From Candidatus Multivoradales bacterium (lineage in GTDB: Bacteria > Acidobacteriota > Thermoanaerobaculia > Multivoradales > J023), in assembly GCA_965248925.1 (NCBI GenBank), contig CBDFLE010000006.1, positions 2,688,001 to 2,752,000 on the forward strand: a DNA stretch of 64,000 nucleotides. Direction: 5' to 3'. The notes beneath the pieces are model-generated. The model had not been told where the DNA came from and searched no databases. It saw only the letters and a list, made by a program, of their open reading frames with translations. Positions 52,909 through 62,936 of this stretch are shown here, one piece after another. Position 1 is the stretch's first letter. Each line of letters starts with the position of its first letter. Made by a program: the position numbers and the translations under genes.

Positions 52909-55119
52909 TCACAAGCCGCGCAGACGGCGCAAAGTCGCGCGGGCCTGGCTGTGGTCTGGGCGTAGGCGGAGGACTTCCTGAAACTGAAAAGCAGCGCGCT
53001 GACGGTCGCCTAACCGCAGCAGTGCGCGCGCCAACTGGTAGCGGGCGCCGGCATTGCGAGGTTGCAGACTGACCAAGCGATCGTAGTAGTCGCGGGCTTC
53101 AGCGAGCCGGCCAAGTTGCAAGCAGGCAGCACCAGCCAAATCATGGGACCGCGCGCTTTCTGGGTCGCCGACGAGTGCTGCCTCGAGTTCGGCCAGGGCC
53201 TCGAGTGGAGCACCGAGCTCTAAGAGAGTGGCACCTAGTTCTTCGTAGGTGCGGGATTGCGTTTGGGCGCTTAACGATCGCCTTAGGGCGCCGAGAGCTC
53301 TCTTCGGTTGGCCGGTTTGGCGCCAGATCGTGCCGCGCAGGAAATCGTCTTCCGCCGGCAGAGGTGCAAGCTCGGCAGCTTGTTCGAGTGGTTCCAGGGC
53401 CTCCTCGGGGTGACCCGTCGCGAGCAACGCCTTGGCCAGACCCCGCTGCGCGACCACCTGACTCGGGTCGATCTCTACCGCTGCTCGAAAATGATCTGCG
53501 GCCTCGGCGACTAGGCCCAGACTGCTGAGTAGCGACCCGAGGCTGAGGTGCACCGGCAAGAACCCCGGTGCTCCCTTGGCGGCGGATCGGTAGTGCTCGA
53601 TCGCCGGCTCGAGCTGAGCTTCACCCACCATCAGTTGCGCCAAGGCGAAATGGGTGGCCGGCAATTCTGAATTCGAGGCCAGGGCCCGTAGATAGTTGTC
53701 GACTGCCAAGCGCGGCAGGCTGCGCTCTTCCTGGGATTGGGCGACGTGGTAGAAGAAATCTGCTGTCGTGTAGGAGTCCTCTTCACAGAAAGGCCCCGGC
53801 AACGTCACCAAGGCGAGGGCCACCGCGGTGATCAAGGTGGATGCGGCCAGCACTCTCCATCGCCGATGGGCTAGCGCGCCATGAATCTCTGCGATGCCTG
53901 CTGCCGCTGCCACGCTAAGGGCGGGAATCATCGGCAGACGGGAGCGGGCGGTGACCCAAGACAAAACTAGGCAGAGCGACTAGAGAGTCAAGAAGAGCAG
54001 CAAAGGAGTCCCAAGCTCGGCCCGGCGCCGAACGAGACCGACCGCCGCCAAGGGCAATAGCAGGCCCCAAGGGAACCCAAACCAGCCCACGCGCCAGGTC
54101 GTTGCACGCAGCAGTGCAGACCATTGGCGCGAGAAGTAGATATCGAGATCCCCGGGCAACTCGCGCGAACTCACCAAGCGCAGCGCTTTGCTTCCGAGAC
54201 CGCGCAGGAAGTTCGCTGGATCGGCGGCGATCCAGTTTCCGACTGGCTCGAAGGGTTGGTCCAGGTGCTCGACTTGGAGCTTGGCGGCGACCGATGCAGG
54301 AGGGCATTCGGCAGGCTTATTGGCCCGGTAGAGGATGCTACCCAGGTCGTCGGGTAACCGGCTGACGGGGTTGCCGCCGTGCTCGCTGAGCCACATCGCG
54401 GGCAGTGCCAAGAGAGCGAAGGCAGCCAACCCCGTGGTCGCCGCCGCCAAGCTGAGCCGCCAGCCGCCGGTGGCACCGCGGGCGCGCCAAACCAACCACC
54501 CCCAAGCCAACACCACAAAAGGTGCGAACAGAGGTTCGAGCAAGACGGCCAGTGCGCTGGCCGAGCCCAGTGCCAACCAAAGATCAGGCCCTGGTCGCTG
54601 CTCGGCGCTGTCAAAGCAGAGCAGCAACACTAGCGACCAGAAAGCTGCCCAGACGGTGGGCACCAACTCGCTCTCGAACAACAACAAGGGGCCGTAGAAG
54701 GCAGTCAGGGTCGCCGCTAGGAGACCATAGGTGGTGCCGAGGCGGCGTTTGCCGAAGATCCACACCAGCCAACAGGTGCTGGCTCCCAGCAGTGCTTGGA
54801 GCAGCTTGGCGACCCAGATCGAGCCGCCGGTAGACTTGTAGACCAAGGCCAGATAGACCGGGTAGAAAGGCGGCAGCCAAAGCGATCGAGAGTCGAACTC
54901 ACCACTCGTCGCTAACCTGCGAGCCGCCAGATCGTGGACTCCCGCTGCGACGATCGGAGCGGCGAAAGAAGGGCTCGAGGTGCTTTGGTGCAGGAAGACC
55001 CAGCGGCCGCAGAGGGCGAGGACAAACAAGATCAGTGGTAGCCACCGGGATCGCAACATCATGGGTCGAACCTGTTGGGTGTCTGCTTTGGCGATGGAGG
55101 GTCTGGTATCATTGTTCAT
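52909..55119 (-). pseudogene. ArnT/PMT-like (GT-C, family 39-like) membrane glycosyltransferase + TPR, split by an in-frame TAG at 53980-53982
   Basis: ORFs 53980-55119 and 52909-53964 share a frame: LLFLTL*SLCLVLSWVTARSRLPMIP; PPFYPVYLA, LLQALLG, FYGPLLLFE motifs. Confidence 0.65.
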
Positions 55120-55303
55120 GGTGCTCCGTGTATCTACGGAGTGCAGTCGCCGGGCACCCTGGTCGAATCATCCCCGACATGCCGAAGCAGAAAGACCAGT
55201 ACCAGCCACTCTGGAATGATGGCAAATTCGGCGGCACTACGAAACCTCCCCAGCGAGGGTCCCGCCTCCCTTCGCTACTGACCGTTGATCCAAGAGGTTC
55301 TTC

Positions 55304-57058
55304 ATGACGCGCAACACCCAGTCACATCGCCACTACTTTTTGCTTGCCCTCGCCGTGCTGCTGCTCTTCCTGCTGCCGTCCCAGCAGTGGTCTTCGCTGG
55401 CGGCCCAGGATAGTGACTCGGCTGCTGAGCCAGTGGAGGTGGATGAACTCTACGTTGAGATCGTGGACGTCAACGTGGTCAACGTCGAGGTCTACGTGAC
55501 CGACAAGAAGGGCAACTTCATCTCCGGCTTGAGCCGCGCCGACTTTGAGGTCTTCGAGGACGGTCGGCCGGTGGCGGTCAGTAACTTCTACGCCGTCGAC
55601 AGCAGCAAGGACCAGAAAGAGGGCGGTTTGACCCAGGCGGATCGGGTGGCGAGTGGCCTGGGTAGCGGCAGATCAGTGCTCGAAGCGGTCAATGTGCCCG
55701 AGGAGCAACGCCTGCACCTGGTGATCTACTTTGACAACCAGTTCCTCAAGCCATTCAGTCGCAACCGGGTGGTGCGGCAGGTACGCTCCTTCATGCACAC
55801 CCATGTGAAGGCTCACGACCGGGTGATGTTGGTGACCTTCGACAAATCGATGCATGTGCGTCACCCCTTCACCAGCAATCGTCAAGCGATCGCCGACGCG
55901 CTCTTCGGCCTCGAAGAGCTCAGCGCCTTCAAGGTGCAGCACGATAGTGAGCGCAAGGAAATCATCAAGCGGATTGAGCGCACCGACGATCCCTTCGAAG
56001 CCGAAGGCCATGTCGACTTCTATGCCAAAAGCCTGTTCCATGATCTCACCCAGAGTTTGCGCTCCCTCAACGAGTTGGTGGGTTCCCTCGGTGGCCTACC
56101 CGGTCGCAAGGCAATCCTGCACGTCTCTGACGGCTTGCCGATGGTGGCGGGCGAGGATCTTTTCTACCTGCTGGATCAGAACTTCAGCGGCACCTTCAGT
56201 TCCAAGCTGCTCGCCTCGCGCTACAGCGCCAAGCGCAACTTCAAGGAGCTAACGGCGCGCGCCAACGCCAATCGGGTGAGCTTCTACACCCTCGAAGGGG
56301 CGGGCTTGCGCTCTCACGATTCGCTGTCGGCGGAGAACCTCGGCAGCGGCGGCAGCCAAACTTCGGGCGGTTCCTACATCGATACCGATTTCGTGCGCCT
56401 GTCGAACAATGTCGAGACCCTACAGATGATGGCGTACGAAACCGGTGGCCAAGCCTGGTTCAACACCAACAACATCGCTGGCGCGCTCGACCGGGTAGCC
56501 AGCGATTTTCGCAACTACTACTCGCTAGGGTACTTCCCCGCCGCCAGTGCCGAAGGGCGCTATCACGACATCGAAGTGAAGGTGAAAGGCCGTAAGGAGT
56601 TGCGGGTGCGCCACCGTACCGGCTACCGCAGCAAGACTGCCGAGCACCAGGTCAACGATTCCACAGTCGCCACCCTGCTCTACGGAGTCCAGTCCAACCC
56701 CCTCGAAATCGAACTCCAAATCGACCGCGCCAGGGCTCGTGAGGACGGCAACTACCTGCTGCCGATCAACGTCCGGATACCTATCGGCAAAGTCACTTTG
56801 GTGCCGCGCGAGACTCAACACATCGGCAAGGTGCGGGTGTCGGTGGCGGTTATCGACGAGGATGGCCGGATGTCGCCGATCGAGCAGACCCGAATACCGA
56901 TCATCATTCCCGTTGCCGATTTGGAACTGGCGCAAGGCAAGTTCTACGTCTACTCGGTGGAGTTGCTGATGCGCAAGGGCAATCAGCGGGTGGCGGTCGG
57001 GGTGCGCGATGACTACGCTGGCGAGTCCTCCTTCGTCCGCTATCCAGTCCACATCTGA
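55304..57058 (+). CDS. VWFA-related Acidobacterial domain protein (paralog of 33051-34877)
   Basis: VNVEVYVTDKKG..SGL..DF, LPGRKAILHVSDG, ETGG, YYSLGY, YHDIEVKV. Confidence 0.87.
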   Translation: MTRNTQSHRHYFLLALAVLLLFLLPSQQWSSLAAQDSDSAAEPVEVDELYVEIVDVNVVNVEVYVTDKKGNFISGLSRADFEVFEDGRPVAVSNFYAVDSSKDQKEGGLTQADRVASGLGSGRSVLEAVNVPEEQRLHLVIYFDNQFLKPFSRNRVVRQVRSFMHTHVKAHDRVMLVTFDKSMHVRHPFTSNRQAIADALFGLEELSAFKVQHDSERKEIIKRIERTDDPFEAEGHVDFYAKSLFHDLTQSLRSLNELVGSLGGLPGRKAILHVSDGLPMVAGEDLFYLLDQNFSGTFSSKLLASRYSAKRNFKELTARANANRVSFYTLEGAGLRSHDSLSAENLGSGGSQTSGGSYIDTDFVRLSNNVETLQMMAYETGGQAWFNTNNIAGALDRVASDFRNYYSLGYFPAASAEGRYHDIEVKVKGRKELRVRHRTGYRSKTAEHQVNDSTVATLLYGVQSNPLEIELQIDRARAREDGNYLLPINVRIPIGKVTLVPRETQHIGKVRVSVAVIDEDGRMSPIEQTRIPIIIPVADLELAQGKFYVYSVELLMRKGNQRVAVGVRDDYAGESSFVRYPVHI

Positions 57059-57080
57059 GCACCGCCGGACACGCAAACCG

Positions 57081-58838
57081 ATGTCGCCACCGCCCGTCAC
57101 GCGCAGGAGAATTTCGGCCTTGGGGAGGGTCTTGCTGGCCTGGCCCGCGGTGTTCTTGTTGGCCGGGCCAGGCGTTGCTGCGGATCTCTTCAGCGACCGA
57201 GCCGTCGAGTGGGGCGTTGATTTTACCCACTTCAATGGTCGATCGGGGGAGTACTACTTCAGTGAGATCGTCGGTGCCGGAGCCGCTTTGTTCGACTACG
57301 ACGGCGATGGCGACCTCGACCTCTTCTTGCTCCAAGGCCATCTGCTCGGAGCCGAGCTGGGCAAGACCATGGCCGATGCTCTGGATACTCCCCGCGGACA
57401 GCTCGCCGACCGCCTGTTTCGCAACGACCTGACGATCGACGCTGAAGGCCGCCGCCAAGTGCGCTTCGTCGACGTCACCGCCAGCAGCGGCCTGCGTTCC
57501 ACTGGCTACGGTATGGGGGTGGCGGCAGCAGATTTCGACAACGATGGTTGGGTGGATCTCTTTGTCACCAACTTTGGCGCCAATCAACTGTGGAAGAACC
57601 GCGGCGATGGCACCTTTGTCGACCACACTGCTGGTGCCGGCTTGGGTGATATCCGGTGGTCGATTCCGGCGGTTTCCCTGGATTTCGACCGCGATGGTTG
57701 GCTCGATCTCTATGTCGGCAACTATGTCGATTTTTCGCTCAAGAACCACAAACTCTGTCGCACTATCGCTGGTGCTGCGGACTACTGTGGTCCGCTGTCA
57801 TTCCCGCCGCTGGCTGATCGGCTCTACCGTAATCTGGGAGATGGCACTTTCGAAGACGTCTCCACCAAGAGTCGGATCGGCCGCGAGTTCGGCGGTGCCT
57901 TGGGGGTGGTGGCCGCGGACCTCGATGGCGATGGGTGGCAAGATATCTACGTTGCCAACGATGGTGTTCCCAACCAGATGTGGATCAACCAGCACGACGG
58001 CAGCTTCCGCAACGAGGCGCTGCTCGCCGGTACCGCGGTCAGCGCCATGGGTCGGCCCGAGGCGTCGATGGGGGTGGTGGTCGCCGACTACGATGGCGAT
58101 GGCGACGAAGACATATTCATGACCCACCTGCTGCGCGAGACCAACACCCTCTATCGCAACGAGGGACAGGGTACCTTCGTCGATGCCACCGACGAGGCGG
58201 GTTTGGGCTCACCCAGCTGGCCCTACACCAGTTTTGGTACCGTATTTTTCGATTATGACAACGATGGTGCGCTCGACCTGCTGGTAGCCAGCGGTTCGGT
58301 GCGGGTGCTGAACGAACTCGAAGCCGCTGGCGACCCCTTTCCGTTTCATCAGAAAAATCAGCTGTTTCACAATCGTGGCAATGGACGCTTCGTCGATGTC
58401 ACCGCCATCGCTGGTGCCGTCTTTCAGCACTCCGAGGTCAGTCGGGGGTTGGCATGGGGTGATATCGACAACGATGGTGATGCCGACGTGGTGCTGACCA
58501 ACAACGGTGGCCGGACGCGGCTGCTGATCAATAACGTCGGCCAACAGAGCCATTGGTTAGGGTTGCGGTTGGTGGCCGGAAAGCCACAGCGTGATCAGCA
58601 AGGGGCACGCCTGGCATTGCGGCGCAAGGGTCGGTCGACTCTCTGGCGGCGAGTGGATAGCGGCGGTGGCTTCGCCGTTGCCAACGATCCACGGATTTTG
58701 ATTGGGCTCGGAGATTCACCGCAGGTTGACGGGCTGGAGGTGATCTGGCCAGACGGTTGGCGCGAGAATTTCAGCGCTGAGGCAGATCGTTATACAACCC
58801 TGGTTCGTGGCCGGGGCAAGCCGGCCGTCAGTCGATGA
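57081..58838 (+). CDS. CRTAC1-family protein (FG-GAP + ASPIC/UnbV)
   Basis: HFNGRSG, DYDGDGDLDL repeats, DPRILIGLG..WPDG; start set at ATG 57081. Confidence 0.9.
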   Translation: MSPPPVTRRRISALGRVLLAWPAVFLLAGPGVAADLFSDRAVEWGVDFTHFNGRSGEYYFSEIVGAGAALFDYDGDGDLDLFLLQGHLLGAELGKTMADALDTPRGQLADRLFRNDLTIDAEGRRQVRFVDVTASSGLRSTGYGMGVAAADFDNDGWVDLFVTNFGANQLWKNRGDGTFVDHTAGAGLGDIRWSIPAVSLDFDRDGWLDLYVGNYVDFSLKNHKLCRTIAGAADYCGPLSFPPLADRLYRNLGDGTFEDVSTKSRIGREFGGALGVVAADLDGDGWQDIYVANDGVPNQMWINQHDGSFRNEALLAGTAVSAMGRPEASMGVVVADYDGDGDEDIFMTHLLRETNTLYRNEGQGTFVDATDEAGLGSPSWPYTSFGTVFFDYDNDGALDLLVASGSVRVLNELEAAGDPFPFHQKNQLFHNRGNGRFVDVTAIAGAVFQHSEVSRGLAWGDIDNDGDADVVLTNNGGRTRLLINNVGQQSHWLGLRLVAGKPQRDQQGARLALRRKGRSTLWRRVDSGGGFAVANDPRILIGLGDSPQVDGLEVIWPDGWRENFSAEADRYTTLVRGRGKPAVSR

Positions 58839-60439
58839 GCGACCGCTGCCGCCAACCCGTGGCACCGTGGCTGACGGCTCCTTGGCTGGCTGCACCGTGG
58901 CTGTCGGCGTGGTGGATAATCGCGGCTCTGTGGCTAGTGACGGCGGCGTGGGCCTCAGCCGCCCCGGGCGAGCTGCCACGGCCCGATTTGGAGCGGGTCA
59001 ACCCGGCGGTGCGGACTCAGTTCATGCAAGCTCGGCAGGAGTATGACCGCCTGCAGCGGGCGGCTACCGATTTATCCCGGCTAGCTGAACTCGCTGGCGA
59101 ACTCGGCCGCATGTACCTGGCCTACGACTACCTGGACGCTGCCGTCGCCGCCTTCGGCGAGGCGCGGCTGGGGCAGCCGCGGGAGTTTCGCTGGGTCTAT
59201 CTACAAGGCTTCGCTCTGGAGCGCTACGGTCGGCTGGAGCCGGCGATCGAGGCGTTGAGCGCCGCCCTGGTCCTGCGCCCTAGCGAGCCGGTGGTTCAGG
59301 TTCGTCTCGCCGATATCCATCTGCTCGGTGGCCGTCTCGAGCAAGCCAAGGAGCTGTACACCGCCGCCTTCGCCACCGATCCCACTTGCACCTCTGGCCT
59401 CTATGGCATGGGCCAGGTCGCGCGCCGCCAGGGGCGGCTGGAGTTGGCCGCCGGCCTCTTCGAAGAGGCATTGCAACAGCGCCCGGGCACCGTCCAGATC
59501 CTCTACCCCCTGGCTCAGACTCTGCGCCAATTGGGCCAAGTCGAAGAAGCTCGCCAATTGCTAGCCCAGGTCGATTTCAAGCAGGCCAGCCTGGGCCGCT
59601 GGGAAGCGTGCCGAGATCCGTGGGCGAGTGCCATCCCAAAGATCGCTACCGGTGCCCCGGCACATATTCTGCGGGCGACCCAGGCTGCCTTCGCCGGCAA
59701 CACTGAGCTCGAGCTGGCCGAACTGCGCAAGGCGGTGACTGCCAACCCGCAAGACGCCGTGGCCCACAAGAGTCTGGCCGTCAGCCTGCAACGCGAAGGT
59801 GACCTCGAGGGCGCCGAGCAGCACTTTGGCGAAGCCGTGCGCCTCGATCCGGGAGACGCGGTCTACCGCTACGCCTTGGCCGAGGTGCTGCTGCAAAAGA
59901 ACCAGGTTGCAGAGGCCGTGATTCTCTTGCGCCGGGCTTTAGAGATCAATCCCGAGTATCTCGCGGCCAATCTGCGCCTGGCTCAGGTGCTGCTGCAAAA
60001 CAAACGCTTCACGCTGAGTATCGAGCACAGTACGCGAGTGTTGGCAGTGGACCCCCAGAATCTCAAAGCGCGACTCAGTCTGGCTATGGCCTACTTGCAG
60101 TTGGGGCGGGTGGGCGAAGCGGCGAGCGAGCTCGGTCAGCTGCTCGACTCGCAGGCGCCGGAGAGTCCGGCGGGGCACCTGCAGCTGGCCACCCTGCTCG
60201 GCAGTCTGGGTGACCTGCCGCGGGCGATGCGCCACTACGCCGCGATACTTGAGGGAGAAGTACCAGACGAGGTGCGCGCCCTGGCCCATACCCGGCTAGG
60301 TCAGGGGCACTTCCGGCTCGGCGATCTGGCGGCCTCGCTGGCCGCATTTCGCGCTGCGGTGGCCATCGATCCGCAACTCCAGGAAGCCCGTTCCGGCCTC
60401 GCCCAGGCCCTCGAACAGCAAGAGAAGATGGCCCAATGA
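58835..60439 (+). CDS. Secreted TPR protein, partner of upstream CRTAC1
   Basis: ATGA overlap; LPRPDL..PAVR motif; FRWVYLQG; TPRs. Confidence 0.83.
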   Translation: MSDRCRQPVAPWLTAPWLAAPWLSAWWIIAALWLVTAAWASAAPGELPRPDLERVNPAVRTQFMQARQEYDRLQRAATDLSRLAELAGELGRMYLAYDYLDAAVAAFGEARLGQPREFRWVYLQGFALERYGRLEPAIEALSAALVLRPSEPVVQVRLADIHLLGGRLEQAKELYTAAFATDPTCTSGLYGMGQVARRQGRLELAAGLFEEALQQRPGTVQILYPLAQTLRQLGQVEEARQLLAQVDFKQASLGRWEACRDPWASAIPKIATGAPAHILRATQAAFAGNTELELAELRKAVTANPQDAVAHKSLAVSLQREGDLEGAEQHFGEAVRLDPGDAVYRYALAEVLLQKNQVAEAVILLRRALEINPEYLAANLRLAQVLLQNKRFTLSIEHSTRVLAVDPQNLKARLSLAMAYLQLGRVGEAASELGQLLDSQAPESPAGHLQLATLLGSLGDLPRAMRHYAAILEGEVPDEVRALAHTRLGQGHFRLGDLAASLAAFRAAVAIDPQLQEARSGLAQALEQQEKMAQ

Positions 60440-61761
60440 TCGAGTTCGTCACCCTCTTCCTAGCTCTGGCGATCGGCTATCAGCCCATCGAGGTCAGTGT
60501 CGACGAGTCGGTGGCCTCGGTCGAGCTGTGGCTCGATGGTTCCTCGATCGCCAAGCTCGAAGGGCCGCCGTGGAAGACTGAGCACGACTTCGGCGTCGAT
60601 TTGTTGCCCCGTGAACTGGTGGCCATCGCCCGCGACTCGGCAGGTTCCGAGCTGGCGCGAATCCGTCAGCTGATCAACGTTCCGCGGCAGCGCAGCGAGG
60701 CGAGGCTGACCCTGGAGCACCATGAGGCGGACGGTACGGCCACCATCGCGAGGCTGATCTGGCGGGCTCTAGATCAGGACCGACCGCGGCAGATTGAGCT
60801 GACTTTCGATGGCCGGGCGCTCGAGGTCTTGGACCCAGAGCGAATTGTGCTGCCCAAGTTTGATCCTCAAGAGCTGCATCTACTGCGGGCGGAGCTTGAG
60901 TTCTCCGACACCGAACAGGCTTTCACCGAATTGGTCTTTGGCGGCACCTTTGGCGACCAGGTGGTGACCGAGCTCACCGCGCTACCAGTCACGCTGAATC
61001 GACGCCGTCTTCCCAAGCCCGAGCAGATGGCCGGCTGGTTTACCTTAGCGGGGGAGCCGCTGAAGGTCGTGGCGGTGGAGCGGACACAGCGAGAACTGGT
61101 CGTGGTACGGGAGAAGTCGGCGGCCAATCTTGATGCCCTCAAGGCGCTGATCCGTTTGGCAACCAGTTCGCGGGTGCCCTTGAAGTCGGGGATGCCGAAG
61201 GTCTTGCAGGTTGGCGATCGTTTGCGCTTTGTTTTTCCCACCGCCGTCACCCGTTCCTCTGTCGAGGGGCGGCTGGAGATGATGCCAGCCTCGGGCGACG
61301 TGGCCAAAATGTTCCGGGGTGCCGGGCTGTTTTCGTTGTTGACCGACGTGTTTTTCCCCGACCAAGATATTCCAGTAGCGAGCCAGAGCCTCACCGACGC
61401 GGTGGTGATCGCTGGGCTGGTGGCCGCGGCCAGCGGTCGCAGTCGGGCGGTGCTGTTGCTGGTGGCGGGGGTGGGCGAAGATCGCAGCCAGCTGTCGCCG
61501 GCCCGTTCGCGGGCCTTTCTCCAAGCCTTGCGGGTACCGCTCTACGTGCTCACCCCGGTGACCCCTGAGCCATCCTCCAGCAACCCCTTGGCGGACTGGG
61601 GTGAGGTGCGGGAGATCGACAAAATCGGCAAGAGTGCCGAGTTCTTGCGCCAGCTCGACCAGGATCTCGATCGCCAGGCAATCGTCTGGCTCGAAGGAAC
61701 CCACCTGCCGCAGCAGATCAAGATTACCGCCCAAGCCCGCGGCATCGAGGAGCTACGTTGA
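60436..61761 (+). CDS. Hypothetical protein, Ig-like N-terminus plus degenerate VWA-like C-terminus
   Basis: VELWLDG..GPPW matches the Ig-like region of 29313-30497; LTDAV..AG..A...RAVLLLV resembles a VWA C-half. Confidence 0.6.
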   Translation: MIEFVTLFLALAIGYQPIEVSVDESVASVELWLDGSSIAKLEGPPWKTEHDFGVDLLPRELVAIARDSAGSELARIRQLINVPRQRSEARLTLEHHEADGTATIARLIWRALDQDRPRQIELTFDGRALEVLDPERIVLPKFDPQELHLLRAELEFSDTEQAFTELVFGGTFGDQVVTELTALPVTLNRRRLPKPEQMAGWFTLAGEPLKVVAVERTQRELVVVREKSAANLDALKALIRLATSSRVPLKSGMPKVLQVGDRLRFVFPTAVTRSSVEGRLEMMPASGDVAKMFRGAGLFSLLTDVFFPDQDIPVASQSLTDAVVIAGLVAAASGRSRAVLLLVAGVGEDRSQLSPARSRAFLQALRVPLYVLTPVTPEPSSSNPLADWGEVREIDKIGKSAEFLRQLDQDLDRQAIVWLEGTHLPQQIKITAQARGIEELR

Positions 61762-62936
61762 GTCCAGCCACGAAGCGCCTGTGGGTAGCCCTGCTGCTGG
61801 TTGGTTGGGCGGTGCCGTCACCGCTGGTAGCCCAAGGAGGTGAGCCCAACCTGCTGGGCAAGCCCGCGGCTTGGACTGACCACGCCCCTACCGAGGTGCA
61901 AATTGCCGAGGGTTCGGTGCTACGCGCGGCGCCAGCCGAGGACGCCGAGCGCTTGGCCTTGCTGCCCAGATGCCAGCTGCTGGCGCGGGAGACCCGCGGC
62001 TCTTGGGTGCGGGTTCGCCTCGGCAAGCTCGACGGCTGGATCGAGTTGCAGGGTAGAACCCTGCCCTATCTGGGCTCGGTGGTCGAATATCAGCCGCCGC
62101 GGGATCCGGCAGAAGTCGCTTTGCAGCAGGCGCTCGATATTCTCGGCGGGGCAACGCGGCCCGTGCCCTTGGGACCCTTTGACTTCTATTGCGACGTCGA
62201 CGATGAAAAGCTCCTGCGGTTGCTCGGGCAGATCGCCCCCCAGGTGGTGGCGGCGTTCGTCGACCGCTATGGCCTGGAGGTCGTAGAACCGCACGGCGCG
62301 GTAGTGCTCTTTGCCGACGAGCGGCACTACCAACAGTTGAAAGTGAGCCAGTTCACCGACATTCCGTTTCACAGCGAAGGTCACGCGGTGCCCGGACTGG
62401 TGGTGATCAAGGTCGGCAATCGTTCGCGTCGCGAGGTTGCCACGACGTTGATCCACGAGCTCACCCACCTAATTGCCTGGCAGGTGCTGGGGCCGGATTT
62501 ACCGCCTTGGCTCAATGAAGGGCTGGCCGACGATCTGGCCCTGTCGCGGATCGATCGCGAGGGATACCTGCTCAGCGACAGCTTTGACCGCCGAAGCCTG
62601 CGCTTTGGCCGTAACACGGCCGAGATTCTACTCAAAGTGGTGCGCGGCTTGAGCGCCGCCAAGCCGATCCGGCTAGTCGATTTGCTGAGCCAGGATCGGA
62701 GCACCTTCCTCGCCCGACCGGAGTTGCACTATGCGGTGTCGGCCCTCTTTGTTCGCTTCCTGCTCGAAGACAGCCTCGACGGCTCGGTGGCAGCTTTCAA
62801 GGACTACTTGCAAGCGATCAGGGCCGATGGCATCACCTATCCAGACTATTTGCGTCAGCGGCTACGGCAACCGTGGGCAGAGATCGACGTCCAGTTTCGT
62901 CTTTGGGCCCGGCGCACCCTGGCGCGGGTGCAATGA
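61758..62936 (+). CDS. Secreted SH3-like + gluzincin metallopeptidase (DUF1570/peptidase MA-like)
   Basis: GSWVRVR...GWI; LIHELTH...PPWLNEGLA; YAVSALFVRFL. Confidence 0.75.
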   Translation: MSPATKRLWVALLLVGWAVPSPLVAQGGEPNLLGKPAAWTDHAPTEVQIAEGSVLRAAPAEDAERLALLPRCQLLARETRGSWVRVRLGKLDGWIELQGRTLPYLGSVVEYQPPRDPAEVALQQALDILGGATRPVPLGPFDFYCDVDDEKLLRLLGQIAPQVVAAFVDRYGLEVVEPHGAVVLFADERHYQQLKVSQFTDIPFHSEGHAVPGLVVIKVGNRSRREVATTLIHELTHLIAWQVLGPDLPPWLNEGLADDLALSRIDREGYLLSDSFDRRSLRFGRNTAEILLKVVRGLSAAKPIRLVDLLSQDRSTFLARPELHYAVSALFVRFLLEDSLDGSVAAFKDYLQAIRADGITYPDYLRQRLRQPWAEIDVQFRLWARRTLARVQ

